From NCBI RefSeq assembly GCF_004010195.1, contig NC_057752.1, positions 1,381,902 to 1,445,901 of the forward strand: 64,000 nt of DNA, in the 5' to 3' direction. The position numbers and the translations under genes were made by a program. Under the pieces are notes generated by a model. That model was not told the origin of the DNA and made no database searches. It saw nothing but the letters and a program-made list of their open reading frames with translations. This document shows positions 35,791-47,850 of this stretch, one piece after another (the first letter of the stretch is position 1; each line of letters begins with the position of its first letter). The stretch is from Chiloscyllium plagiosum (lineage: Eukaryota).

Positions 35791-36125
35791 TTTCACCTCA
35801 CTTCATAGCCGACTCTCTCTCACTCCAGGAGGAAAGCAGCCCACAACAGGGCTGAAACAGGCTGACTGGTGGGCTGCCTGACATTCTGCACCTCAGCCTT
35901 ATGAGGTAAGAGCATCCTGACTCTGACCACCCTGAGAGGCTGACTGACCGTGTCCAAGCCCGTGGATTGGTACTGGAGGTTTGCCCTTGAATGACTGTGT
36001 GCTGGGAACCCCACCCCGCTTAACCAAAGGCTCGACTTGACTGAGGACTGCTGACAACCACGATGGTGATAGTTGAGGAGCCAGTAAGCAAGGAGTGACA
36101 GTGCTGTGCACCACTTATTTCTCAG

Positions 36126-36338
36126 TAATAACGGAAAGAACTGAGGATGCTGTAAACCAGAAACAAAAACAGAAGTTGCTGCAAAAGTTCAGCAGGTCTG
36201 GCAACAGCTGTGAAGAGAAATCGGAGTTAACGTTTTGGGTCAAGTTCTGAGGAAGGGTCACCGGACCTGAAACGTTAACTCCGGTTTCTCTTCACAGCTG
36301 CTGCCAGACTTGCTGAGCTTTTGCAGCAACTGCTGCAT
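36126..36338. mobile_element. Fold-back Penelope-derived element (family B) with 11-bp TSD
   Basis: TSD ttatttctcag at 36115-36125 and 36339-36349, with inverted arms of about 80 bp. Confidence 0.85.
36243..36280 (+). ncRNA. Minimal type I hammerhead ribozyme motif (family B)
   Basis: AGUU-CUGAGGA-A-GGGUC(ACCG)GACCU-GAAA-CG-UU-AACU. It has an intact core, a 5-bp stem II, a palindromic ACGU stem III and a 4-bp stem I (AGUU/AACU). Confidence 0.7.
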
Positions 36339-36349
36339 TTATTTCTCAG

Positions 36350-36472
36350 GATTTGGAGATGCCGGTGTTGGACTGGGGTGTACAAAGTTAAAAATCACAC
36401 AACACCAGGTTATAGCCTAACAGGTTTAATTGGAAGCACACTAGCTTTCGGAGCGACGCTCCTTCATCAGAC
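36350..36472 (-). mobile_element. Penelope-type terminal fragment (family C) with hammerhead core and 8-bp TSD
   Basis: The minus strand reads CTGATGAAGGAGCGTCGCTCCGAAAGCTA (36470-36442). The TSD tttctcag is at 36342-36349 and 36473-36480. Confidence 0.75.
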
Positions 36473-37080
36473 TTTCTCAGTCTTCTCCTGATGGGAAAGA
36501 CAAATCAGAGTGTGTATGGTTCTAGCAGTCACAAATACCTGGAAGGCCAATATCACTTGCTACTGCTGCAGCCAGATCACCTTCAGCACACTCAGCGTGC
36601 CTGCTATCCCGCAGACACAAAGCATCAATCAGGCATCACCGACTGGAAAGAAACAATTAGCTTGCAGCAGCCTTCAGGCAATAATTCAATCTCTAGCTCT
36701 CCTGCTGTTCACACTCTTACAGTTTTTTAAACCATCAGAACTACTCAACGGAATTAATAGCTCAAACCTTGCAGTACATCACCAGGTTTACTTATAAAAA
36801 GTCAGAAAAAAAAGGCTTTTATAACTAATGTAGCTGACATATTTTTCTAGTCATCATCTTTTCGAATAATTCAATGATTATTCTTCAAGGCACTTGTGCC
36901 TTTGTAACTGTCCCGTCCCTGGAGTTGGAGGTTTCATAGTGTGAGGACAGTTGGGGAGACAGTGAGAGAGAAGAGACGTGAAATTTGCTTTGATTCAGGC
37001 ATCATTAGTTCATGGTGGAGCTGGGGTGGACTGAAAAGAAAGGGAATACAATTCCTGCAACAGCCTGGGATAAATGGACA

Positions 37081-37389
37081 GATTAGATTAGATTCCCTAC
37101 AGTATGGAAACAGGCCCTTCGGCCCAACAAGTCCAAACCGACCCGTCGAGGAGTAACCCACCCAGACCCATTTCCCTCTAACTAATGCACCTCACACTAT
37201 GGGTAATTTAGCATGGCCAATTCACCTGACCTACACATCTTTGGACTGTGGGAGGAAATCGGAGCACCTGAAGGAAACCCACACAGACCTGGGGAGAATG
37301 TGCAAACTCCACACAGACAGCCGCCCAAGGCTGGAACTGAACCTGGGACGCTGGTGCTGTGAGGCAGCAGTGCTAACCACTGTGCCACC
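37081..37389 (-). mobile_element. HE1-type SINE
   Basis: Full head, core and (AATCT)n tail. Confidence 0.9.
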
Positions 37390-38704
37390 TCAGTCTCATA
37401 AATTCAGAGGCTGCAAGGGCTATCGTTTCATTCTGCCCCTCGCCCTGCTCTCACACGTCTAATATCCCTAACCCTTGCTGTCATAGCTCTTCTTCCCACC
37501 TCGGGCAAAGTTGATGAACTCTCCTCGAACTAGGGAGCCCCTTAAACTGGGGCGAGCACTCCTAGGCTTTCAATAAATTAATCAGGCTACCCTGCTCCTG
37601 ACTGCTATTAAATAAAGGAAAGATACAGTCTCTATAGTCCTAATGGACCATAGGACTGCTCCCTCATTAGAGAGAGACCATTGGTGATGGTTTAACTGGA
37701 GAGTCACCACCCTTCAGACAAGAGGAGAGATTGAGAAAGAGTCCTTTTTGGTAAGCTCAGTCGGTGTAGGAATTGAACCACACACCATTAGCACCACAAA
37801 CCAGCTATTCAGCCACCTGAGCTATTATTTTAGCCAACACTGGAAAGTACACGTGAATGTACTGGAGGCTAGCAATGCGCTCAACGTCTTCAGGGTTGAA
37901 TGGAAAAACAGATATCCAATAATAATGGGCTCCTCAAAGGTACAGAGGCATTGAGTGAGTAAGGATCAAGATCACGTACACAGAAGAGTCAGCTGGGACA
38001 TTGGGGTGGTACTTTATTTGTTCACAGGATATGGACATTGTTGGATAGGCCAGCATTTAAATCCATCTTTTATTGCCCTGAAGGTGGTGGTGAGGAGGTG
38101 TCTTTTTGAACTGCTGCAGTCCATGTGGTATAGGTACACCCACAGCACCATGAGGGAGAGAGGTCCAGGAGACATTATGAGGCAACGATCTGTCAGGGTG
38201 CATCCTGTTATCAAGGAAAAAGAATCGAGTCTTGTTCCATCCTTCACTATCTGGCTTGGATCCATTTAACACTCAAGGGGTGAGCTGCTTTCTCTCTCTC
38301 GGTACAGATTTGGGCAACCAGAGGGTATCCACTAACCACCCGATAGTCTGGGCAGGAGACCGGAGGTATTTTGAGGGCTGCACCAGATTGGCATTTGGCT
38401 GGAAACAAATGCTCTGAAGCAGTCTGCCAACTCTTGAGTCACTGCAAAGCTGGATGAGCTGGCCAGAACCGGAGGCAGAAGAAGGTATGTCCCATGGAAA
38501 CCACAGCTGGTGCAGCAGCCCCAGGTAGCTGAGGTAAAAGTTAAAGGAGCACTCCTAACCTTCCCAGGCTCCCAAATAAATACTGACAGCTGACCGTGGG
38601 ATCCTCTTTGATTGGGTTGGCACAGGGTAGTGACCTCGCAAAATCCTATTCTAAAATCAACAGGGTCCTATGAACATGGCTCTGGATTTATATATCAAAA
38701 GGAT

Positions 38705-38840
38705 GTAGGCGAAAATGAGGACTACAGATGCTGGAGATCAGAGTCTAGATTAGAATGGTGCTGGAAAAGCACAGCAGGTCAGGCAGCATCTGAGGAGCAG
38801 GAAAAATCAACGTTTCGGGTAGGAGCCCTTCATCAGGAAC
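38705..38840 (-). mobile_element. Single-arm family-A Penelope-derived element with hammerhead core
   Basis: The minus strand reads CTGATGAAGGGCTCCTACCCGAAACGTT (38836-38809). Confidence 0.8.
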
Positions 38841-38962
38841 CTAAGTTTACCTTGTTTTGGCTCCCAGTCCCACGGAATCACATCCAAGTAAGGGTTAGTG
38901 CATTTGTGAAAAGAAGATGGGAAAGCAGGATAGAAGATTTCGTTTTTAAATTATTTTAAACA

Positions 38963-39278
38963 GGGGCAGCACGGTGACTCAGTGGTTAGCACTGCTGCCT
39001 CACAGCACCAGGGACCCGGGTTCAATTCCGGCCTCAGGTGACTGTCTGTGTGGAGTTTGCACATTCTCTCAGTGTCTGTGTGGGTTTCCTCCAGGTGCTC
39101 CGGTTTCCTCCCACAATCCAAAGATGTGTAGGTCAGGTGAATTGGTCATAGTGATAGGTGCATTAGTCAGGGGTAAATATAGGTTAGGGGAATGGGTCTG
39201 GGTGGGTTACTCTTCAGGGGGTTGGTGTGGACTTGTGGGCCGAAGGGCCTGTTTCCATACTGTAGGGAATCTAATCTA
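38963..39278 (+). mobile_element. HE1-type SINE
   Basis: Full head, core and aatctaatcta tail. Confidence 0.9.
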
Positions 39279-39669
39279 AGAACAACAAGTCTTCACAGGG
39301 CACTGTTTCTGACAGATACAGAATGATAGGAATGGATTTTAAAAAAAACAGAAAAGCCGAGATTTCATTCCTTTTCCTGCAGATGCTCTTAAAATTTTCT
39401 AATGGGATTTCTTTTGTTGTACTACTCAGACAATTTAAGCCATAAAGGTCAGCAACAATGTGAGTAAAACCCATTTTTTTTCCAGCAATTTGTCCCATAG
39501 CAACTGACAGAATGGAGAAATAACATTCCAACTTTCAAAGCACCCTGCTATAATAAACAAAGATATGATCACAGCGCTTACAGCTAGCTTGTTAGCTCAG
39601 GTAATAAAAATTAACTCTCTCAAACAGGCTTCCTTTCTGAAAATGGGATCCTTGCTGTTGAAAAGGGAA

Positions 39670-40010
39670 ACATCTAACAACAACCTTAATTGATAGAGCA
39701 TCCTTTACAAAGTAAAACATCTCCAGGAGCTTCACAGGAGCACAGTCGAGCAACATTTAACATGGAGGAACATAAGCTCAAGCTATTAGCAAAGATGCCC
39801 AAATGCTGGGTCAAAGGGAGAGGGGCAGGGGCGTTGACGGAGGTAATTCCGGAGTCTTAAGGTTTTGGTAGCTGAAAACACAATCACCAGTGGTGCGAGG
39901 AAGGACAACTGGGGATGGAAAACAGGCCAGAGTTGAAGGAATACAAAGATCTGAGGACTATAGGGTTGAAGGAGGTATAGATAGGAATAGGACAGACCAT
40001 TGGAGGGATT
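39670..40010 (-). mobile_element. Ancient L2-like LINE 3' end
   Basis: Minus ORF NPSNGLSYSYLYLLQPYSPQ resembles the L2 ORF2 C-terminus (LHGLAPxYLxxLLxPY). Similar remnants occur near 49420-49680 and 58920-59200. Confidence 0.5.
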
Positions 40011-40014
40011 TGCA

Positions 40015-40845
40015 CACACCTAAGCTCAGGGTATCTCTGCAGGAGTGTCGTGGCCCAGCCATCTTCAGTTTGCTTCAATGACCTTCTCTCCATCACAAGG
40101 TCAGAAGTGGGGATGGTCGCTGATGATTACACACAATGTTCAGCATCTTTCGCAACTCATCTGATACTGAAGCCATTCAGAACCAAATACAGTGTGACCT
40201 GGACAATATCCAGGCTGGAGAATGACAAGTAGCCTGGATGACTTCCACACCACACAAGGGCCAGGGAATGACCAACTCCAAGATGACAGAATCTAACCAC
40301 CATCCCTTGACATTCAACAACATTACCATTGCTGAATCCCGTACTATCATCCTGGGTGTTACCATTGCCAAGAAACTGAACTAGGTAAGCCATATCAACG
40401 CTGCAGCTACAAGAGTAGGTCAGAAGCTAGGAACCTTGCAGTGAGTAACACATCTCCTGATTCCCCAGAACCTCCCCTCATCTACAAGGTACAAGTCAGG
40501 AGTGTGTTGGAATACTTTACACTTGGATGATGCAGCTCCAACACTCAAGAAGCTTCCATGCAGAACAAAGCATCTCATTTGATTGACACTGTATCCACAT
40601 TCACTCCCTCCACCATCAGTACTCAGGTGCAGCAGCGTGTACCATCTACAAGGTGTTCTGCAGAAATTCGTCAAGGCTCTTTAGACAACACCTTCCAAAC
40701 CTACAACCGCTACCCTCTAGAAGGACAGGGGCAGCAAATATGTGGAAACACCACCACCTCGAAGTTCCAATTCATGCCACTTATCATCCGACCTTGGAAA
40801 TATATTGTTGTTCCTTCGGCGTCGCTGGGCCAAAGTCCTGGAACA
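40015..40845 (+). mobile_element. Second CR1/L2-group LINE, RT C-terminus to 3' region
   Basis: GPAIFS.CFNDL...VGMVADD (RT active-site region) is followed by tctacaaggtacaagtcaggagtgtg. Confidence 0.8.
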
Positions 40846-40944
40846 AGAAGTTTGAAATAGGGATTGGGGGTCTATTATGCGGAACCTTGGCAAGTGCTTT
40901 GCTGAACAACGTCTACTGCTCTGTCTTCAGCAATCTTAAAAATC

Positions 40945-41508
40945 TCAATCAAGTTAGTGAGACACGATTTCCCATGTAGTCTAGATTAGAGTGGTGCTGG
41001 AAATGCACAGCAGGTCAGGCAGCATCCGAGGAGCAGGAAAATCAACGTTTCGGGCAGGAGCCCTTCATCAGGAATCATGATTTCCCATGCACGAAGCCCT
41101 GTTGACTATCCCTAATCAGTCCTTGCCTTTCCAAATAAATGTACATCCTGTCTCTCAGAATCCCCTCCAACAACATACCCATCACTATCATCAGGCTCAC
41201 TGGTCTATAGTACCCTGACTTTTTCTTACCTCTTTTCTTAAAAAAATGGGAGCACATTATGGTACAATTATCTCAGCAAGGGACCCAGCAATCTCACCCG
41301 AGCTTCCCACAAAGTTTTGGGATACACCTGTTCAGGTCCAGAGGATTTATCTACCTTTGTGGGTTTTAAGACCTCCAGCACCTCTTCTTCTGTGATATGG
41401 ACACTTTTCAAGACATCACTATTTATTTTCCCCAAGGTTAACAGCTACTATGTCCTTCTCCACAGTAAATACTGACGCAAACTACTTGTTTAGTGTCTCA
41501 CCCATCTC
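40945..41508 (-). mobile_element. CR1 RT fragment
   Basis: ORF reads GYYRPVSLMIVMGMLLEGILRDRMYIYLERQGLIRDSQQGFVHGKS. Confidence 0.85.
40977..41075 (-). mobile_element. Single-arm family-A element with intact hammerhead core and TSD
   Basis: The minus strand reads CTGATGAAGGGCTCCTGCCCGAAACGTT (41071-41044). The TSD gatttcccatg is at 40966-40976 and 41079-41089. Confidence 0.85.
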
Positions 41509-41920
41509 AGTTTAATTTATCAGTCTTACCTCATTCTCTGCTGTGCTCTTGCTTGCCTTGACTATTTGACTTGCTCCCCTTACCCACTGTCCCAGCCTCA
41601 GACTTACCTCTTTTCTCACTATCGCTCGGGGGTCCCTTGCCGTTTTTGGCCTAGACTTTGAGAACTCACCAGCTTGCCCCCATGAACTTCCACTTCTCAA
41701 TCCAGGTCTATCCTTCAACTATCATCACTTTCAGCATTCCCCCATCCTCTCTGCCACCATGCCCTCTGCCACTTGGTACCCTCCCTGCACTGCCATCACT
41801 CCTAACCTCTCTATGTCATGACGACTGCCACACCCCAACTCCCCCTTGTTGACTCATCTTTATCAGCTCTCCTACCAATTGGCTAGGAATTTGGCTTTGA
41901 AAGTATTCAATTCAATGACA

Positions 41921-42160
41921 ATAGAGGGCATAGGTTTAGGGCGATGCAAGTATGGAATGACCTGCCACAGGAAGTGGTGGAGGCTAGTACAATTATAACA
42001 TTTAAAAGACATCTAGATGAGTACACGAATAGGAAGGGTTTACAGGGATATGGGCCACGTGCTGGCAAATGGGCTGAGATTAGGTTAGGATATCTGGTCG
42101 ACATGGACGAGCTGGATTTAAGGGTCTGTTTCCGCGCTGTACATCTCTACGACTCCATGA
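41921..42160 (+). mobile_element. HER1/CR1 LINE 3' end
   Basis: VWNDLPQEVVEASTIITFKRHLD followed by the tail. Confidence 0.85.
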
Positions 42161-42420
42161 CAACACAGGATTGGGGAGTTCAGTGCAGGCAAAACAGGGA
42201 ACAGAGCTGGTGTAGCAGGTGTGCATTCGAAACTGGGATTAGGTCAATTGGACTGGTAAAGACGTGGCAGCAAAAGACAAAAGAATTTGAGAGATACAAC
42301 CCTTTTAGTATGTCAGAACAACTTATAGACAAAGACGTATTCTTGAACTCTGGTCACAGTGGCTCATAGGCAAGCACAGAAACCAAACTATGCACAGCAA
42401 GATTCCACGATCACTCAAAG

Positions 42421-42745
42421 TGGGCAGCACGGTGGCACGGTGGTTAGCACTGCTGCCTCACAGCACCTGAGATCTGGGTTCAATTCCCGCCTCAGGCAAC
42501 TGACTGTGTGGAGTTTGCACGTTCTCCCCGTGTCTGCGTGGGTTTCCTCCGGGTGCTCCGGTTCCCTCCCACAGTCCAAAGATGTGCAGGTCAGGTGAAT
42601 TGGCCATGCTAAATTGCCCGTAGTGTTAGGTAAGGAGTAAATGTAGGGGTATGGGTGGGTTGCGCTTCGGCGGGTCGGTGTGGACTTGTTGGGCCGAAGG
42701 GCCTGTTTCCACACTGTAATGTAATGTAATGTAATCTAATCTAAT
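42421..42745 (+). mobile_element. Young HE1-type SINE, (TGTAA)n(TCTAA)n tail
   Basis: CpG-rich and nearly identical to 63630-63955. Confidence 0.92.
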
Positions 42746-43512
42746 CACAGATGTGATAAATGACTAGATATTGGGGGGTGGAAGAGTGAGATGGACACAC
42801 AGACAGAAACAGAAACACAAAGCTCTCTGCTCTGATCACCTCATTGATCACTTCCATGCACAATGGGACCTTGCAGACACCCCCCTCCCTCCCCTCCGAA
42901 GGGATAGCTGTAAACAGCTGCAGAATGCCCAAACATTGGGATTGGGGGACATAGAAGGCAGCAGGCTAGATCTCAATCCTTCTCACAGGGGGTCTGGGTA
43001 CTGCTGGTTCAATATTATTTCAATAAGTTGGTTCAACAATGTGGATAGAGGGTAAGTGGCATTGAGATAATTTGAGGGATGAAGACGGGAAAAGGAAATT
43101 AAAACTACTCTGCATAAAACTCATCTGACATCTGGTGGGAGGCAGAGAAGAGCAAGAATTATTGAGAGTACTATCCAGAGGAAACACCTGGGAGATGGTG
43201 CTTAGAGCAGCAGAAATTCGACTTTATGTTGGGAGAACTGAACCTGAATGGAAGGTACACAAAGTTATAGTTTAAAGTAATATGTAGGCAAAACAAAACC
43301 ATGAGCAAAGACATGAACGCAAGATACCAAACTTTCTAACATACTGATGCTAAAAAATTAAGCCAATTGTTTTGTGTAACAAAAGAAAATATCTTATTGT
43401 TTATTTGCAGCTTGGTTAGTCTATTTCAGTGTGGTACGGGTTCAGAATTTTGAACATTTCCATCGAGTGACTTCACACCAACCACATATCCTAACCTAAT
43501 CTAGTCTCATTG

Positions 43513-44223
43513 AGAGTCATAGAGTCATACAGATGTACATCACAGAAACAGACCCTCCGGTCCAATTCGTCCACACCGACCAGATGTCCTAGCCTAATCC
43601 AGTCTCATTTGCCAGCACCCAGACCATACCCCTCTAAACCCTTCCTATTCATATACCCATCCAGATGCCTTTTAAATGTTGTAACTGTACCAGCCTCCAC
43701 CACCTCCTCTGGCAGCTCATTCCATACACAAACCACCCTGTGTGAAAAGGTTGCCCCTCAGGTCCCTTTTATATCTTTCCCCTCTCACCCTAAACCTACG
43801 CCCTCTCGTTCTGGATTCCCCCATCCCAAGGAAAAGACCTGGTCTATTTATCCTATCCATGCCCCTCATGATTTTATAAACCGCTAAGGTCACCCCTCAG
43901 CCTCCAACGCTCTAGGGAAAACAGCCTCAGCCTCTCCCTCTACCTCAAATCCTCCAGCCCTGGCAACATTCTTGTAAATCTTTTCTGAACCCTTTCACAA
44001 CATTCTTCCTATAGCAGGGAGACCAAAATTGCAGGCAATATTCCAACAGTGGCCTAACCAATGTCCTGTACAGCCGCAACATGACCTCCCAACTCCTGTA
44101 CTCAATGCTCTGATCAATAAAGGAAAGCATACCAAACACCACCTTCGCTGTCCTATCTACCTGAAACTCTACGAACAATGAACCTACACCCCAAGGTCTC
44201 TTTGTTCAGCAACACTCCCCAGG
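43513..44223 (-). mobile_element. HER1/CR1 LINE 3' fragment
   Basis: LYRTLVRPLLEYCLQFWSP with the ctatgactct tail. Confidence 0.9.
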
Positions 44224-46869
44224 GTGCAAGTAGCATTGAGGTGTTAAGGAACCCTTCAGAAAGCTGGAGTTAAACCTGAGACCTTCTGGTATGGGCAGTT
44301 ACTCATTTCCTTTAGTGAATCATGACGAAAGCCTCTGAAGTGAATATTTGCAGCAATTTAAATACAATGTCCATGACAAACATCGAAAAACAGCTTCCTA
44401 TATACACATGAAAGAAGCACTAGTATCCAACTCCCAAATACTTTCAATTAATCCAGATTGTTTGAAGACTTGGATCGTTTTGTGCCAAATGAAAAACAAA
44501 ATCCTCAGCATTGCCTTCCATCTTAATGAATCTGGATTTCCTGCAGGAGACAGAGTTTAATTCTCGGGTTAGAAGTGAGAAAGAAGATTGGCACAGCGGT
44601 CAATAATTTATTTTTGTTTCTAAAATAAAAGTAGGCTGTTGCAGATATAGAATGAGGAAACCTGTTGAAAAGATGTCTAAAACATACTCTATAAAGGGAA
44701 TGAACAAGAGAAAACAAGCAGGTGGACCAGTTTCTTGGAGAGATCTTAACTGCACAGGGTTATAATTAGAGTGAGTGTGTGAATGTCTTGAATTTCTGTT
44801 CTCAGAATCTGAGTTTTCCATTATCGTGAGGGCTTCTTGCTCGAATTTGCAAGGTCACTGCTCTCAAGCAATCTTGACAGTGATGACAGAGAAGCCAAAC
44901 GATGGATTGGAATGCAGAGCCAGTGAGACAATGAATTTAAAACGTTTAAAACTCAGCAGCCTCTCACTTTTTTCTCAGCATATAGTGAAATTCTATCTTA
45001 GACTCCTCTTTCTAATATCTAAAATATTTTAGCATTTGAATCATTCACATCTGATAATGGATAGGCTGTCAATCTATTATCTAAAACACAAATCACTCCC
45101 TCCACCACCAGTACACACAGGCAGCTGTGTGTATCACCTACATGATATACTGTAGCATCTCAACAGGGATCCTTCCAAATCAGTGGCTTCTACCAACCAA
45201 AAGGACAAAGGCAACCAGCAAGGAAACACTTGCAAAGCATACATCGGTACTTGGACTATATTGTCATTCCTTCACTACCATTGGGGCAAAATCCTGAAAG
45301 CTTCTTCCAAACGATGCTGTCCCTACACCACACAGTCTGCGGCGGTTCAAGGCAGCAACTCACTTGGTGGGTAATTAGGACTGAACATTAAATGCTGACT
45401 CAACCAGCAAGACCCACGTTCCACAACTTAAAATCTCTGGGATAAACTCAGTTTATTGTACACTTCAACCCATCAAAAGCAGACAAAAAAAAAATCCAAA
45501 AAGTGGATCTGGATCATCAGTAGCCCAATTTCGGGCAAATTATCCTGAAATTCCAAAAAGGGAACTGTGCTATCAAAAGTCATTGCTTTAAAATAAAGAT
45601 TTTTTTCCCCCTCCACATATGCCTTTACAATTTGTGGGTTAATTTGAGATTTGTAAAGTTTTTGACGAAATTCACCAGCAGCAAAACAAACACGTGGTAA
45701 TGAAGGAATAATCCCAATTTTTTCATTTTTCTGCTCAACTTGAATATCCGTGCAGAGGCAATGAAACTCACTTAGTTATGGCAGTAATTTTAGATTCACT
45801 GCAAACAGGCAATATTACTCATAGTTATGACAACTCTTACCCAGTATAAGAAATGCTACTCATCTTTATGAGTCACCAAACAATTACAAGATACATCCAT
45901 TTTTAAACTTCCTTCCTCAACCAAAAGTCAGAACAAAGGCTCAAGCCTACATCTGGGCAGGCAGATAAAGCAGTTGACTTTAGATAAATGATTCTCCATC
46001 CAAGTTTAGTTTCGAGTGCCTGGGAGAAGAAACCGGATTCTTTCAGTTGGCACCAACAGATATTCCAAACTTTCAGTTCTACATAGGAAATTTCAAATGG
46101 AGAATGCTTGCTCTTTTAACCTTGACAGCACCAGACACAAATCACCAGTTCATTTTTCACAAAATGATGTTTTCACTGTGAAGCACATAAATCCTGAAAT
46201 CTGGATGCTCCTTCCGCATCTTACAACTCCAATAGTTAGGTGTGTCGTTGTTTGAGATGCAAGGTAAATCTCTCCTCAAAAACAGTGCCTTCCTATGCCA
46301 GTGTGACTTTGCTATTTTCCACACTGTTCATGTCACTTAATATTGTTTTTTCACCAATGTTTTACTTTTCCACTACTGAAGAAGTCCAATTATAGTTAAA
46401 GAAATGATCTGCAAATGCCAGAATCCTTTAGTATTGCATCTAAGTGGCTATTATTCATGTATGAATGACAGTGAGTGTTAGTGGCTACTTGGTCACCAGG
46501 GATCCTGATCCTGCACTCAGGCCGGCATTTTCACTTGTATTTCCACCAGGATTCCTTGGATAGAAACCAGGAGTGGAAGCCGTAGCTGACTTTTCCTTCG
46601 CTAATTCAGTCAAATCTCTACCTCTAACTCATTCAGACTGTTCACCGTGTGGTTTGGTGATACGGATCAGTCCCCAGTGGAAGCTGGGCTCAGCTGATCA
46701 GATCGATTTCATTTTGATACTTGAAAAGTTGCATAACAAGAGAACATTCATGTCGTGGTTCATAAATGGTTCGCCATCAATATGTAGTTCAGAGTGCCTT
46801 GGGAAGAAACTGGATTCTTTTCGTTGGCACCAGTGGAAATGACAAATTTCCAAACTACAGATCATTTAG

Positions 46870-47125
46870 ATAAAGAAAACTTTCTTCACTCAAGGGGGGA
46901 AGCGAATCTCTGGAATTCTCTACCACAGAAGGCCGTGGAGGTCAAGCCACTGAAAACATTCAAGAAAGAGATGGCTAAATGTTTTAATTTTAAAAGGCAT
47001 CAAGGGTTATGGAGAGAAAGCAGGAAAATGGCATTGAGAAAGAGAATTAACCACAAAAATATTGCATGGCAGACTAGGCTCAAAGGGCTGAGCGACCTAC
47101 TCCTGCTTATAGTTTCCATGTCTTA
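46870..47125 (+). mobile_element. Old CR1 3' end
   Basis: ANLWNSLPQKAVEVKPLKTFKKEM. Confidence 0.7.
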
Positions 47126-47359
47126 CTAAAGTACAGCTCCACATCAATGCCAGTGCTAAAGGTCAATGGCCTAACTCACTGCAGCTCATTCACTCTGTAC
47201 AGATTCCTGTTTATTAAGAACTTAAAATGCTGTTCCACTACATTTGTTGCACAAATAGAAATGTAGTATCCCATAATTCAAGATAACTGTGCTCCAGTTT
47301 GTTCTGCCACTACATCATTATCACGTTGAGAAAACAAAGCACATCAAAAAAGCACAACA

Positions 47360-47850
47360 ATGCCTTGATTCTGACCTATTTTTACAGATGCACCATTAAA
47401 AGCATTCTATCCAGATGGATCACAGCTTGCTACGGCAACTGCTCTGCCCAGGACTGTAGCAAACTACAGAGAGTTGTGAACACATCTTGGTCCATCATCC
47501 AAACCAACCTCCCATCCACTGGCTCCATCTATACTTCCCTTGGGATGGCAGTCAACGTAATTAAAGACCCCTCCCACCCCGGTTACAATCTCTTTCAACC
47601 TCTTCCATCAGGTAGAAGATACAAAAGCTTCAACACATGGTACCAACAGATTCAAGAGCAGCTTCTTCCCCCTCCAAATGGACCTCTCAAATTTAATGCT
47701 GACCTTGCTCTTTGTGTACCTTCTCTGCAGCTGTAACATAGTATTCCTCGCTCTGTTCTATTACCCTAATGCACTTTGTATGGTATGATCTGCCTGTACT
47801 GCACGCAAAACAAAGCCTTTCACTGTACCTAGGTACACGTGACAACAAGT
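47360..47850 (+). mobile_element. Rex1/Babar-type LINE 3' end
   Basis: ORF reads LTYFYRCTIKSILSRWITACYGNCSAQDCSKLQRVVNT...IKDPSHPGYNLFQPLPSGRRYKS, the characteristic Rex1 post-RT region. The tail is ttcactgtacctaggtacacgtgacaa. Confidence 0.8.
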
